The translations under genes and the position numbers were made by a program. 56,430 nt of DNA from Chiloscyllium plagiosum (taxonomy: Eukaryota): assembly GCF_004010195.1 (NCBI RefSeq), contig NC_057719.1, positions 44,866,861 through 44,923,290 of the forward strand. The letters are read 5' to 3'. This document shows positions 1 through 13,442 of this stretch, piece by piece. The notes beneath the pieces are model-generated. The model was not told where the DNA came from, did no database searches, and saw only the letters and a program-made list of their open reading frames with translations. Within the stretch, counting starts at the first letter, position 1. Every line of letters begins with the position of its first letter.

Positions 1-2696
1 ATTTATCTTTCTATTCATTTTAATTCCTTTAAATGCACTTGAAATGGTTTCTTCAACATTAAAAATGAATAATATTATATCCATGTGGTGTAACTCTCAT
101 TTGGGCATCCCAGTCTTGCCTTTTCTAATTTAGCCAGTCATCAAAATAAAAAATAATAAAATAAAAATTATGATCTGATTTGTTTATATGACGAAGCAGT
201 AAGGTGTGACTGTCTTTTAACTTGTTGTTTTGAAGAGAAAGTATATTATAAAACCCACTTTAATGTGTTTCTTTTTAATATTCAACCATCATTGCCCAGC
301 AAGCATTGTTTGCGGGCAACCCCTTTTCTATTTATCTTCTGATCTGATTCTTGACCAAACTACAACAAAGAAAATAAATGCCAGTGAAGAAACTAGATCT
401 TCAAATTATTCTCCTTTCTATCTCTCACAGAATCATGGATGTATTATGGTGCAGATGAAGGCTCTTCACTCCATGGTGTCTGTTCCAGCTCTCCAAATGA
501 GCATCATGACTTAGTGCCCTTCTTTGATTTTTCCCCTCTTGCACATTGGATGAGTTTTTAAAAATAGAAACAATGTCATTTAAAATGCCTGAACTAAACC
601 TGCCTCTATTGAGGCAGTGCATTTCAAATCCAAATCACTTGAATGAAAATATGTTTTTTCCCTCTCATTCACTTTTGCAAATTACTTTCAATTCTTACTC
701 CTTGGTTTTTTTGATCCTTTTAATGAGCAGCAACAGTTTCTACTGATGTATTCTATCCCGCTTCCTCTCAATTTTGAAAGCTTCCGACAGATCTCCTTGG
801 CTGCATTCTCTCCATGGAGTACAGTTCTAACCTCTGCATTTTATCCTATAACTAAAATCTCTCATTTCTGGAACTGTTTTCATAAACCTCTCCTGAACTA
901 TCTAATGAGTTCATGTCCCTATCCTAGAGTGGTGCTCAGAGTTGTACACAATACTCCAACTCTCAGAAGCAGTAGTCTTCTATTTGTTGTATCCATCACT
1001 GAAGTCAAAAGCTTACTGTGTGAAGACTTCAAGGTGCAAGTTTTAAAACACATTGGATGACTTGTTGAGATAGAGAGCTAAAAAGTAATTTCAATCTTAA
1101 TTAAATATGCGACACCATCAGGTGCTGATGTAAGCCTTCTGTGAGCTGTTGCAAACACATTTTATGCTTGATTGTTGTGTCTGAGCTATCCAAACAATTT
1201 GCTGTTGTTGTTCAAAGCTTTTCAGCAGCTTTGTTCATTGTTCACTTTCAAACTACCCAATAATGAGTTATTGTTTTAGTTTCAGCAGATTAGAATGTAT
1301 GTTTGAAGCAGATGAAGTTACAGGATTATGGCAAGAGACCAGAAGAGTGGGATCAGTTATAGATTGCTGTAACAAAAAATCAGAAATAACACAATAGGTT
1401 GATTGGCCTCCTGTGCAGTAAACAACTATAGTATTAACGGCATAGCAAGAATGCTGAAAGGATCTTTGCAAAGAAAGACTTTTATTCCTGAAATAAGTAA
1501 TCTTGCACAAATTGGAATGTTACTGCCGCCTCATTACAACATTCAACTGAACAACTGTTCTCATTATTCCTCCTCCTGTTCAATTCCCAGAATACTTACT
1601 GAAAGAAACTTGACTGAAAATGCGTGTGAAATGTTTCGGATCCCAGACAAGCACAGAATTAGAGTTTTACTCATTATCAGTTTCCTTACTCTTATGTTAT
1701 GGGGCTAAGAAGCTAATCAGAGGGTTCACAGGAAAGGGAGTATCTCTGAAGTGGAGACGGACAGGCACTTTAGGTTCCTTAGCTTTTGTATTTCTTTTGC
1801 TTTCTGTGATGGTTGAGAGGAATCAGGAGCTAGCCTTATCTTTGCACAGCACTGTGTAAGTGCACAGTTTTCTTTGTTTTACAAATGAGATACAATTCAC
1901 TTGAGGACACAAGTCCATTTAGCTGTGAAATTTCCCTTTATTTTTAAAGTAATGATCCAAAACTCTCAGTATGGCATGTTTCATTCCATATGCTACATCT
2001 GTCTATTGCTCCAGTGTACAGGGAGGAAACTGCTAGATCATCTTGTTTGAATGAGACTTCCTTATCATTTCAATTATTTGTCTTTGACCCAAACATGAAA
2101 GGGTGGACAATTCATACCACAAGCAAGGATACAAAAATAGTTCCATTTGTGACTACGAAGGATGCATTCTTTTTTTTTGCAAACACCCCCCCCCCCCCCC
2201 CCCCACCACCAGTAGGTGCATCGTTGTGCTTACCTCAAGCAGACATTTTGTTGAAGAATAAAGACATGCTGAACTAGTCTTAACATTTTGGCAAATACTG
2301 CAAGCAGCTAAAGGTTCTACTTTTTCTCTTACGCCAAATATTTTGTTCATAAACATGCTTTAGTCTTAAGTGTGCCAATATTTAGAATAGAGTTAATGCA
2401 TATTTTCTACAGTCTAAATTGTTTAAGATATATAATTTAGCTCAATCTGTGAACTAAATAACTATGAAACCTGGCAGCCCACATGTATTCTCCTTGGAGC
2501 AGAGAATATTATTGCAGCTGTGAAAATGGGCTCACGATTGCAGCATGTAGTCAATCCATTGAAATGGTTTCATTTTAATAGTTTTTGTCTTTTAAAAAAA
2601 GGGTAAGATATTGCTTGCTATGTCTCAGAGTTTCAATTTCTCAATGTCTGCTTTTACTAAATATTGTCAAAATATCATAATGTTTCCATTTTGTAG

Positions 2697-2792
<96 letters not shown>

Positions 2793-3657
2793 TGAGACTG
2801 AAAACAGATTATAATTCCACGACAATGAGGTAAACTGCATTATCTGCAATATATTCAGTTCTTTGGAATTCTGTAGAATGTTGAGAGTTTCATTCATAAT
2901 CAGAATTTTTGATCTTTTCATTTGAATGTAATTATTCATGAAATGTTATTGTCCATCCCCCATGTTCTGCTATAATATTATGTAATTAAGGTGTCAAAAT
3001 TTATTTTTTGAATTGCCTAAATGTAAGGGAAGTAAATCAACTAGAAAAGTAAGCCCTCAAATAAAAAGGATTTTAAAAAATTAGTAATTTCCCTTTCTCA
3101 AGGTGGGTCTTTGATTTACTGGAGTTTTGCTTCAGGTATTGTGAATCAGTGGGTGTGTATTTGTATCTTCAAGGTCTTTATCAATTCTTTAGATTCTTTC
3201 CTTTTTTATCAAATCACAATAACTTATTGCTTTGTCTAAAATATTTCAAGTTAGGATTGAAGGTATTGGGTGTTTTTAACTTCCTGATTTCAGAATACTT
3301 CAATGTGATTGGTTATTGACATTGCTTGCTGACAGCGCTGTTGTTGTACACCTGGAGATCACCATTGCCTGGAGATGGATTCAATCTGTCACTAGGAAAG
3401 AAAGCCACACCACAGAGGTCACCAGGGCAGTTTCCTTTGGGAGCATTAGCAAGCGCTATTACTTTAGCTGACCACAAAATCCTGCCAAAACCACGTATAT
3501 GCTATATTCAATTTAGTATCACATACATACACACACAGTTTATTACAGTTAATAGATAAAGTTTCTGTAATCAATTTGATTCTTATAAAACCCTGTGGGT
3601 AGATCGTAGTCAGTGTTGCTTGAGCACGAAGCTTGGACAGTGAAAAGAGAAAACCTA

Positions 3658-3865
3658 GGGGTAGACAATGGCGTAGTGGTATTATTGCTGCACTGTTAAT
3701 CCAGGGGTTCACTAATGTCCTTTAGAGAAGGAAAATGCCATCCTTACCTGATCTGGCCTACATGTGACTCCAGATCCACAGCAATGTGGTTCACTCATCA
3801 CCCTTTGGGTAATAAAAGCTGGCCGAGCCAGTGACACCCTCATCCTGTGAATGAAATTTTAAAAA
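3658..3865 (+). mobile_element. Short tRNA-headed SINE-like element (internally deleted copy)
   Basis: A-box-like TGGCGTAGTGG at the 5' end. The body aligns by eye with 28729-28990, and the 3' tail with 31778-31837. Confidence 0.7.
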
Positions 3866-4144
3866 TCAGATGAAGAAAGTCACTCACTCGTTTTTACATA
3901 AACCAATGATTTTTTAAAATCAGTTACTAAACAGAAGATGATCAGTCAGACACATAGTCGGAGATCTGGGTTTTCCACCTCATTTACCTCTTTATACTCC
4001 ACCCACGGCAGTTAGATATTCTTGAAGTAATGTTTCAAATATACAGCAGACAGAGATGACAGATACAAAAGATAAATGAAACATATTCAGTGAATCGAAC
4101 TTTTATATAGTTCATGTGATCTGATCAGTGGGAAAGTCAGATTT

Positions 4145-6063
4145 GTGAATATCCAAACAACTTTGGTTAAGAAAAAGAAAGAAGCATATGTCAGGCATAG
4201 ACAGGATAGATCGAGTGAATCCTTAGATGAGTATAAAGGAAGTAGGAGTATACTTAAGAGGGAAATCAGGAGCCCAAAAAGGGGACATGAGATAGCTTTG
4301 GCAAATTGGGTTAAAGAGAATCCAAAGGGTTTTTACAAATACATTAAGGACAAAAGGGTAACTAGGGAAAGAATAGGGCCCCTCAAAGATCATGAGGTGG
4401 CCTTTGTGTGGAACTGCAAGAGATGGGGGGAGATACTAAACGAGTATTTTGCATCAGTGTTTACTGTGGAAAAGGACATGGAAGTTATAGAATGTAGGGA
4501 ATTAGATGGTGACATCTTGAAAAATGTCCATTTTACAGAAGAGGAAGTGCTGCATGTCTTGAAATACATAAAAGTAGATAAATCCCCAGGACCTAATCAG
4601 ATGTACCCTAGAACTCTGTGGGAAGCTAGGGAAGTGATGGGTGGGCCTCTTGCTGAGATATTTGTATCATCGATAGTCAGGAGGTTGGCTAACATGGTGT
4701 CACTGTTTAAGAAAGGTGGTAAGGACAAGCCAGGGAACTATAGACCAGTGAGCCTGACATCGGTGGTGGACAAATTGTTGGAGGGAATCCTGAGGGACAG
4801 GATGTACATTTATTTGGAAAGGAAGGACTGATTAGGGCTAGTCAGCATGGCTTTGTGCAAGGGAAATCATGTCTCACAAACATGATTGAGTTTGTTGAAG
4901 AAGTAACAGAAGATTGATGGGGGCAGAGCAATTGACGTGATCTATATGGATTTCAGTAAAGTGTTTGATAAGGTTCCCCATGGGAGACTGATTAATATGG
5001 TTAGATCTCATGGAATACAGGGAGAACCAACCATTTGGATACAGAACTGTTCAAAGATAGAAGGCAGAGGGTGGTGGTGGAGGGATGTTTTTTCAGACTG
5101 GAGGTCTGTGACCAATGGAGTGCCACAAGGATCTGTGCTAGGTCCACTACTTTTCATTATTTATATAAATGATTTGGATGTGAGCATAATTAGTAAGTTT
5201 ACAGATGACACCAAAATTGGAAGTGTAGTGGACAGCGAAGAAGGTTACTTCAGATTACAACAGGATCTTGATCAGATGGGCCAATGGGCTGAGGAGTCAC
5301 AGATGGAGTTTAATTTAGACAAATGAAAGCGAAGCTTAGCAGGACTTATCCACTTAATGGTAAGGTCCTCGGGAGTGTTACTGAATAAAGAGACCTTGGT
5401 GTGCAGGTTCATAGCTCCTTGAAAGTAGAGTTGCAGGTAGATAGGATAGTGAAGAAGGTGTTTGGTATGCTTTCCTTTATTGGTCAGAGTATTAGATACA
5501 GGAGTTGGGAGATCATGTTGCGGCTGTTTTTGGAATATTGCTTGCAGTTCTGGTCTCCTTCCTATCAGAAGGATGTTGTGAAACTTGAAAGGGTTCAGAA
5601 AAGATTTACAAGGATGTTGCCAAGGTTGGAGGATTTGAGCTATAGGGAGAGGTTGAATAGGCTGGGGCTATTTTCCCTGGAGAGTTGGAGGTTTATAAAA
5701 TCATGAGGGGCATGGATAGGATAAATAGACAAGGTCTTTTTCCTGGGATGGACAGTCCAGAACTAGAGGGCATAGGTTCAGGGTGAGAGGGGAAGTATAT
5801 AAAGGAGACCTAAGGGGCAACTTTTTCACGCAGGGGGTGGTGCATGTGTGGAATGGTCTACCAGAGGAAGTGATGGAGGCTAGTACAATTGCAACATTTA
5901 AAAGACATCTGAATGGGTATATGAATAGGAAAGGTTTGGAGAGATATGGGCTGGGTGCTGGCAGTGGGACTAGATTGTGTCGGGATATCTGGTCGGCATG
6001 GACAAGTTGGACCGAAGGGTCTGTTTCCATGTTGTACATTCCTGACTCTGTGATTCTATGACT
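4145..6063 (+). mobile_element. 5'-truncated, inactivated CR1-clade LINE (HER1-like) with ORF2 reverse-transcriptase fragments and intact 3' end
   Basis: ORF pieces contain PGNYRPVSLTSVV, DFSKVFDKVPH, GVPQGSVLGPLLF, KFTDDTK and LERVQKRFTRM, broken by stops and frameshifts. It ends in the 3' stem-loop region plus a short (ACTCTRTG)-like tail. Confidence 0.95.
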
Positions 6064-6212
6064 TTAAACAATATCCCATCAATCATGAACATTCATTTAT
6101 TGAAATGAACCATTTTGAATTCAGGATTAAAAGTACCATCTGTTTGTTTGATTGTAGAGGGAGCTAAGCAATTTAAAATTCATGAAAGCTGTGAATTTAG
6201 GAATCTTTAATC

Positions 6213-6307
6213 ATTTCCTGAAGAAGGGCTTATGCCCGAAACGTCGATTCTCCTGTTCCTTGGATGCTGCCTGACCTGCTGCGCTTTTCCAGCAACACAT
6301 TTTCAGC
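6213..6307 (+). mobile_element. Penelope-like element 3' fragment with 9-bp TSD (TCTTTAATC at 6204-6212 and 6308-6316)
   Basis: Same repeat family as 18122, 46296 and 56187; carries a hammerhead core; flanking direct repeats. Confidence 0.8.
6214..6249 (+). ncRNA. Minimal type I hammerhead ribozyme motif
   Basis: CUGAAGA (6218-6224), extra A, stem II GGGC-UUAU-GCCC, GAAA, palindromic ACGU stem III; predicted cleavage after GUC (6245); stem I only about 2 bp. Confidence 0.65.
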
Positions 6308-6589
6308 TCTTTAATCTTGCCAAGTTCATGACTACTGGCTTTTTTTGTCATTGTTGATCCAGCGAAGAATGAGAGGAGGAATGATTTGCATTTATATAGC
6401 ACTGCAACCCAATATTGCAACATTTTGCCATACAATGCATTCGGTATCCTGAAAAACAATAGTAACTGTTGACTAAGCAAATATAATTCGATTAAGCAAA
6501 GAATAAACTAAATACAAGTAAAACCAATAATGACATTTGGGAAAAATAATAAAGAAAATGATCTGCTACAAATTGTATTACCATTTACA

Positions 6590-7210
6590 AAAAAAATTTA
6601 CAAAGTGCCTTTAATATAATAAACTATTTGTAATAATTCACATATGTATGATAAAACAAAATTTGACACTGAACCACAGAAGATATTAGAGTAAAGAAAT
6701 GGATTTTAAAGAGCACCTAAATGGGGGAGTGAGGAGTGGAGAAAGCCAGAGATATTTGTGGATGGAATTCCACAATTCGGGCTCTTGAACATGCAGAGTT
6801 ACTGGAGTGCAGTTATGGAGGAGTGTAGGAATGGAAGAGCAAGGGTGATTTGAACATGGGGATAAATATTTTGAATCAATTTGTTAAGCTAACTCAGAGC
6901 CAGTTTAGGTAGGAGGCATGTGTGAATGGGACTTGGTACAGGTTAAATCAAGAAAACAAATCTTTAGTTGGTCTTAACTTTATAAAGCTTAAAGCATGGG
7001 AGAATGGCCAGGAGTATACTGGAATAGTTGAATCAAGAGGTAGCAAGGACATTGATTATAATTTCTGCATAAGGTGAGCTGAGTTGGGCAATGTTACGGA
7101 GATTTAAATTGATTGTTTTGGCAATGATGCAGATATGTGATCAAATGCTCAGCTTTAGACCAACCATAATATCAAGGTTATGAACTATCTTGCTGAGTCT
7201 CTTACAGTTG
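6590..7210 (-). mobile_element. Old L2-like LINE 3' fragment
   Basis: Purine-rich degenerate sequence resembling the reverse complement of an L2 3' end; boundaries approximate. Confidence 0.45.
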
Positions 7211-10104
7211 ATAAAGAGAGTGATAATGAAGTATGGAAAGACAAAATGTATTTAAGAAACTGAAACTCTCATTTTTTTCAAGTTTATTGAGATATAATGA
7301 AGCCATGGGCAGCTGAGCTGGATATGAAAATGTTTAGATCACTTTTCAAATATCTTTTGTCCAGTATGAAAGATGTCTTGATGTACTCCACCCATCAAAA
7401 GAAGGAAAAATTGGAGGGTAGACAGAAAAATATGGTTTTAAGTCAAGTACAGTCACCAAAATCTAGGGCATCTTTCTCAATACTCTCAACCTACCAGCCC
7501 ATACATTAATTCCTTTAACAATTGCTGTTTGTCTCCTATCCATTAGCTAATTTTATTTTGTCTATTATAAGGGTTTACCTAAAATACTCCTACCTTGTGA
7601 AGTTAATTATTATCTCTTTGTTTGGGCCCTTATCAAGAGATATTTAGATGTCAAAGTTTCCAAGTACCAAGATGTCTACACTCTAGTTGGATTGCCACTT
7701 TCTCAAAGAAATGGGATAGATTCCTGAATTTGAATTTATTTATTTCTGAATCTATGTTGACTGCAGATGAATAATTTATAATTGTACAGATGATCTTCAT
7801 ATTTAATCTTGAGGATCAATTCCATTACATGCAATAGGAAGTAAGTCTAAAGGATACAAAGTAATCTGCATTGGTTTTGTCATTCTGTTAGCTAATGGTC
7901 ACTAAGTAAGTCTATTAGTGCCTCCCCACTATCTATTGATCCCCTCTCCCTGATTATTAGTGTTTTACAAATTTCCTTCCTAATCTCTATCAGCACACTA
8001 GGATAGATATTGTTTATTCCTGGGAATGATTTATTTTTGTTAATTTAGCTAGTCTACAGCTTTTTTCAGTGGCAATGTCCCTCATATCTTTCCATGTGAA
8101 CACACGCAGAAAGAGTTATTCAAAACATTTGCTACTTTTTTCTTATATTTATATTCAAGCCTATTTGGTACTTTGTTTGCCATCTCTCCTATGACTGCCC
8201 TCTTCTGTTGTGCCTTTGAAAACTAGTTTATTATACTTAAGCTGACCTGCTATGCCTTTTACTTGTTGCCTCTTTATTCCTCTGTTATTTTAATTAGTTT
8301 TGAAACCCTTTGCTTTCTCCCTCGAGGATTTTGACAAACCCTTCTTTCTCCGTCTTACACCTCTAATTTATTTTTTTCAAACATCTGCTTTCAAGTTTGT
8401 TGGATTTGAGAATGTATTTGTATTTGTTCTACATGTCTTTTTAAAAGTGTCTCCCTTTGTCTTTCTTTTGAATTGTTGTGAATAACCTTCCCTAACTGAT
8501 TTGTGAAAGATTTCCCTCCTTTTGCTAAAATAGCCATTTTAAGTTCATTTACCATGTTCCTAGTCTTGGGTATTTTTGACTCTTGGGTTGTGTTAAAGTT
8601 ATTCTTTGTTGGTCGCTGTTTCCCTCAGGTTCCAAAGCCTCAGTGTCTTGTACATTTGCTGATTGTTTTTTAAAAAAAGATCAAAATGATCATTTTTGTT
8701 TGTTACCTCCTCAATGCTCCAGGTCAAGAAGCAGTCATTAACTGAACCTGATAACTCTGGTTTTAGGGATGTGGATTATCCTGTTTATATGACATTGATT
8801 AGTGTTCCATTGAATTAACATTCCCATTGTTACATAAACATGTAAATTATGGGAATTGGGAGGGTTACCTTTACCTGCTCTGCTGTTTTTAAAAAAAAGG
8901 CTCCCAGATTACTTACAAGCTGGAAAGAGTCCAGAATTCAAATGTATTTGGATAATGAATGATTGCTCACATAGACCAATCAACATTTAACTGAATTCTC
9001 AAATCCTGACTGGACTTTAAACTTGGGTCTGAATAAGGAAGTTTTTTTTAGCGTGGGAAAGATCAGAAAGCTGAAGCTAAATTAATTTATTTTCCTTCTT
9101 GGAGCTAGGTGGTGTAGGAATCCCCAACAAGGCAACTTTAGAGCAGAAGAGGCCTACACTCCCTGCACCACCACCTACCGCAAGAGTGCCCCCTATAAAA
9201 CCTTATCCCCTTCCAATTCATGGCGTGTTGGCTGGCAACCCTCTGACAAATTCTCAAAGCCGATATTCAATTCCCATTTCTTCATGGAGGGCAGTCAGAA
9301 AATTACCTGGAACTTCCCATTTCCTGTCAGAAAATCCATACCCTTGTTAATAAACTTGGTAAACATTGAAACCATTGGTTTCGGTCTCGGCTGCAAATCT
9401 TTTGATCTGCCTGACCTCCCTGCAACTGCCTGAGGTGAAGCCAGCTGTTCCCAACCTTAGGGCTGTATTTTCCGGGAGACAAGTCATCTCCAGAGACCTT
9501 TTAAAGGCAGGCAGGGCCTGGATGCAGACATCCTTGTCCTAACTTTCAACAGATCCCACTTTTGCAGGCAATGGGAAAGTGGCAGGGTCTGAATCTCACA
9601 GGCAGGAAACCTGGACTCAACGGGGTAATTTGAGATTGACAATTTACATGAAAGACACTGTTACAAACGATGGGATGGGAGGAATATGTTTGTAATCAAA
9701 CCCCACTACTCCTCCAGTCACTCCATTAAAGTAAATGTTTTAGATCACCAAAATGACCAATTGGTTCCCTTTGGTACTACTGTCCACATTAAAAAAAACT
9801 TTCAACAGGATTCCTTAATGAACTCAAAATAATCTGTTTATTGTAAAACACAATTCAACCAATACTAAGAGGCAAAACCGGTTAACATCTAAATTGTAAT
9901 CCAGAATTGGAACTTTCCCTTTGAATCCATTACAAAGACTTTGCATAGATGATATTTTAGAAAGAACGAAAGAAAAACATCCTTATTGGCGAATGGTCAG
10001 AAAAACAATGGATAGTTTGATGAATTCTCATAGTCCATTGGGTTTCGCGTTGTTGAAATCAAATTGCTGACATTCGTAGAATGATGGAAGATCTTCCAAG
10101 CAAG

Positions 10105-10277
10105 GTCTTCACTTTAGATCTAAACAGATTTTTGATCAGTAAAGGAATTGAGGGTTATAGGAAAAAGCAAGACAGTAAAGTTAAGGATTTTCAAATCAGC
10201 CATGATCTCATTGAAGGGTGGAGCAGATTCGATGGACTGAATGGTCAGTTCCAGCTTCTACATGTTATGGTCTTATG
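10105..10277 (+). mobile_element. CR1 LINE 3' end fragment
   Basis: LNRFLISKGIEGY ORF2 C-terminus followed by a typical 3'UTR and TTATG-type tail. Confidence 0.75.
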
Positions 10278-11327
10278 AATGGGGATGAAGCTGTATCCAA
10301 GTCTTTGGATGATGGTCACTGTTCAGCTTTTCACAAGTTACAAGGTCATCAAAACACCGATGTGTAGAAGGTTCCAAAGTAATTCAAAGAGATGTAAAGA
10401 GAATCTTGCAGCCATGCCACTGCTTTACATTTTTTTAACCTCGTCTTTCGTCTGCCTCGATTGGTGAAACCAAAAAAAAACAAGTCCAGAAGAGGTTGCT
10501 AGGTAACCACCAGCGCAGCAACCCCCATAGTCCAAACTGTCTAAATTAAGGACAATAAACCCTATGTCATCTTTCCTTAAACATTTTGCTTGGATATTTT
10601 TCCGAAATCCTTTGACTTTCTGTAATCAGCTGACGGACCACAGCCCACATTAAACTATTGACTCATTTCCAGGAAACCACACTGATTCCGTTCAAACCTT
10701 TGGGAAAAAAAACCCTTTTTAATTCAGAAAGTGTCCACGCAGTTCAACATCTTTTAGTTGTCACGCAGTCTGTAAACATAAACATGTATTCCCAACTATG
10801 TTAACAATATTCTGCTATCATGGATAAAGGGAAAATAGGCTGACTTTAAATTTTGATTGCTTTTTCTCCTATTAAGACTGCGACAAAGAGTTCCTTTCTC
10901 TTTTTATTGTCATCCTTTCCTGAAGTAGATTGAAGCATGCTCTCCAAATCCTGATTTTTGGATTCCAATGTTTGAAATAAACTGCAGCAAACATCTTTTT
11001 AAGATGAAATCAAAGATAGGATTTATTTTTAAAAATTAAAGAAACTGGGAAATTGCTTTGCTACTCCATCCATACATCCAAGCACTCGGGAAATTAATGA
11101 ATTCAGGACAGATGATCAGTTAATAATTATGAGTTTGGGTAATCCAAGTACTAAAATATTCAAACCAGTTGATGTGGTTACAACTTCCAGGCGGTTAGTA
11201 TCTAAAACGGTTTGCTTGGTGAGCTGGGTTTAGGCTTTTTTTCCAGCCAGCAACTTGGAGACAGAGGTGGAGGGTCTAAGATTGGCAACTCAGCCTGGAG
11301 TGCTGCACTCTCTCTAGGTCAAAAAGT

Positions 11328-11950
11328 AACATTAAGAAAAGCAGGAGGAGGCCATTTGACCCCTCAAGTCTTTCCTAGCTGATCTGCTCCAGGCCTCAAC
11401 TCCTATTTTGTAATAGTTCCTCATAGCCATCAAACATGGCATTATTTCAAAAATTTATCAACCTCCTCTTTAAATACTTGTAGTGATTGATCCTACACAA
11501 CTCTCTGGGTAAGAGAATTCCAGGCATTTACTACTATTTGGGAGAAGAAATTTCTTATAAATGATTGTTCTCTTGTTCTGTAACTATGTCCCTTAGATTG
11601 AAGTCGCCACTCAAGTGCTTATATCTTTGCAAAATCTACCCTGTCTACCCCTTTCAATAACATCATCCCTTATTCACTGAAGTGCAGAACAATAAAAGCC
11701 TATTCAGCTGTTCTTGATTATTCAATCCCTTCATCCCAGGAATCAGCCTGACGACTCTCTTTTGAACTGCCTGCAATGCCAATATATCCTTTCTTAAATA
11801 CAGGGACCAAAACGGTGCACAGTACTCCAGGTGTAGCTTCTCAAACGACCTGTAGTTGTAACAAGATTGCCAGGGGATTGGAGTTTAAAAATGGAGCAAT
11901 GAAGGCCAAAATTCCATTTGTGTTTTCAATTAGTATCACAACCTACCTGA
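11328..11950 (-). mobile_element. Old CR1 LINE 3' fragment
   Basis: Reverse-complement 3' end (aacattaagaaaagcaggaggaggccatttgacccctc) and ORF2-like ggaccaaaacggtgcacagtactccag (LEYC..FW motif on the minus strand). Confidence 0.7.
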
Positions 11951-12601
11951 CAGCAAATTTACTGCAAAACTATATAAGCAGTTTACATCATTTTGTCAAA
12001 TTTGTTAACATAGTTTTATTAGTAAATTACTACCTTTCCCATTGTTACTGATATTGGACCATATCCTTTTAAGAAAGGGAAGGATATTCATGGAATGAAG
12101 AACAGGTTGGTCCTGGCTATTCATGTTGGCAAATTGTTAGTTACATTGGTACTGTGGGGTCTTAACGCTTTTCTAATTTCTTAATTACACAATGGTAGGG
12201 CAAGAGTTAAAGTGTGGAGAACACAATTTTAAAAATGGAAAAATAATCAATTAAAATGATTTATTGAAAACCTTCAATAATTTTTACATTAGAAGTCCGT
12301 GAACCCTTTTAGAATGTAAAGCACTGTAATAGATGGTAGGACATCATCAGGTTTGTTTATCACCACTTACTGTACATTTCTCCAAAAATCTAAAATACTT
12401 TTAAAATAAAGATAGACCCAAACCTGACTGAAAAACTAATAATCAGTTCACAGTACACATTGTTATTAAAACATAAAAGCTAATGTAAGGCAAGGAGAAG
12501 ATACACTGAGAGTTGCGAATTCATAAAAAATGTTGGACATTGCATGGCTCCCCTGATATTCTCTCAAAACCTAGTGCTCACTATCAAGTCCCCCATGAAT
12601 G

Positions 12602-13442
12602 TCAAAACATTATTGAATTTTCTTTTTAAAAGAAAGACCTTTTGTTGCAGAAAGTTATTGCAGCTATTTCCCAGCATAAAAACCCTGTTAATTGAGTAAT
12701 TTATGTTTCAAATAGCCTCAAGTCTGGAAACCAGCTAGCAAGTCTGCATGCCAGATAATACTACAGCCGGGATGCAAATTGAACTGGGGAACATATGAAA
12801 GGAACTAAATCTTTTACAAAGGAAAATAAACACATTCAGAAATGCAATTAATTGATAGACTTCGGAGGCTTTAAACAAACTGTGCAAGTGTTTGGGAACT
12901 AAGAGATGCTGTTAGAGAATAATAACAGAATAAGGAAAATACTCAGAGACAATTAACTTGTTATTCTCTATTCTAATGTTAATAGATAGTGTCAGAGTAA
13001 GGGAGAAATTTTAAGAAGTTCCAAATCAGGACTGCATGAATATGAATGAACAGAGCATAATAAATAAAATTGGGAGTTAGAGGTGCAGGTTGCCATGTTA
13101 AATTATGAAGTGACATTAAGAGATCTGGCTGAAGGAAGGGCAAGATTGTGTGTTAAATATTCTTGATTACAGGATTCGGGGCAGACAGGAAAGGAAAAAA
13201 TAGAGGTGATGTGGTGGTTTGGGTTAGGGAGAGGTTAAAGAACGAGGATGTCACAGAAAGATCAAGGGAAGAAATGATTTGACTAGACGTAAGGAGCAAA
13301 GGTGCAGTTACAATTCTTGGTATGGAGGCTATTTGAAACATAAATTACTCAACTAACAGGGTCCTTATGCTGGGAAATAGCTGCAATAACTTTCTGCAAC
13401 AAAAGGTCTTTCTTTTAACAAGAAAATTCAATAATGTTTTGA
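12602..13442. repeat. 118-bp inverted repeat pair (12602-12719 and 13325-13442), 114/118 identical, 605-bp spacer
   Basis: Direct reverse-complement comparison. Confidence 0.93.

Noticed and set aside
1..2696. Search for the FRMD6 start exon (MNKL...CIFLPND); poly-Pro ORF 1990..2277
   Set aside because: No matching exon found; the poly-Pro comes from a poly-C run.
4145..6061. RT ORFs as functional genes or an active element (also 34801..35481 and 41456..42091)
   Set aside because: 5'-truncated, fragmented by stops and frameshifts; no intact EN-RT ORF.
9690..10790. Possible large solo LTR on the minus strand
   Set aside because: Termini and TSD could not be defined.
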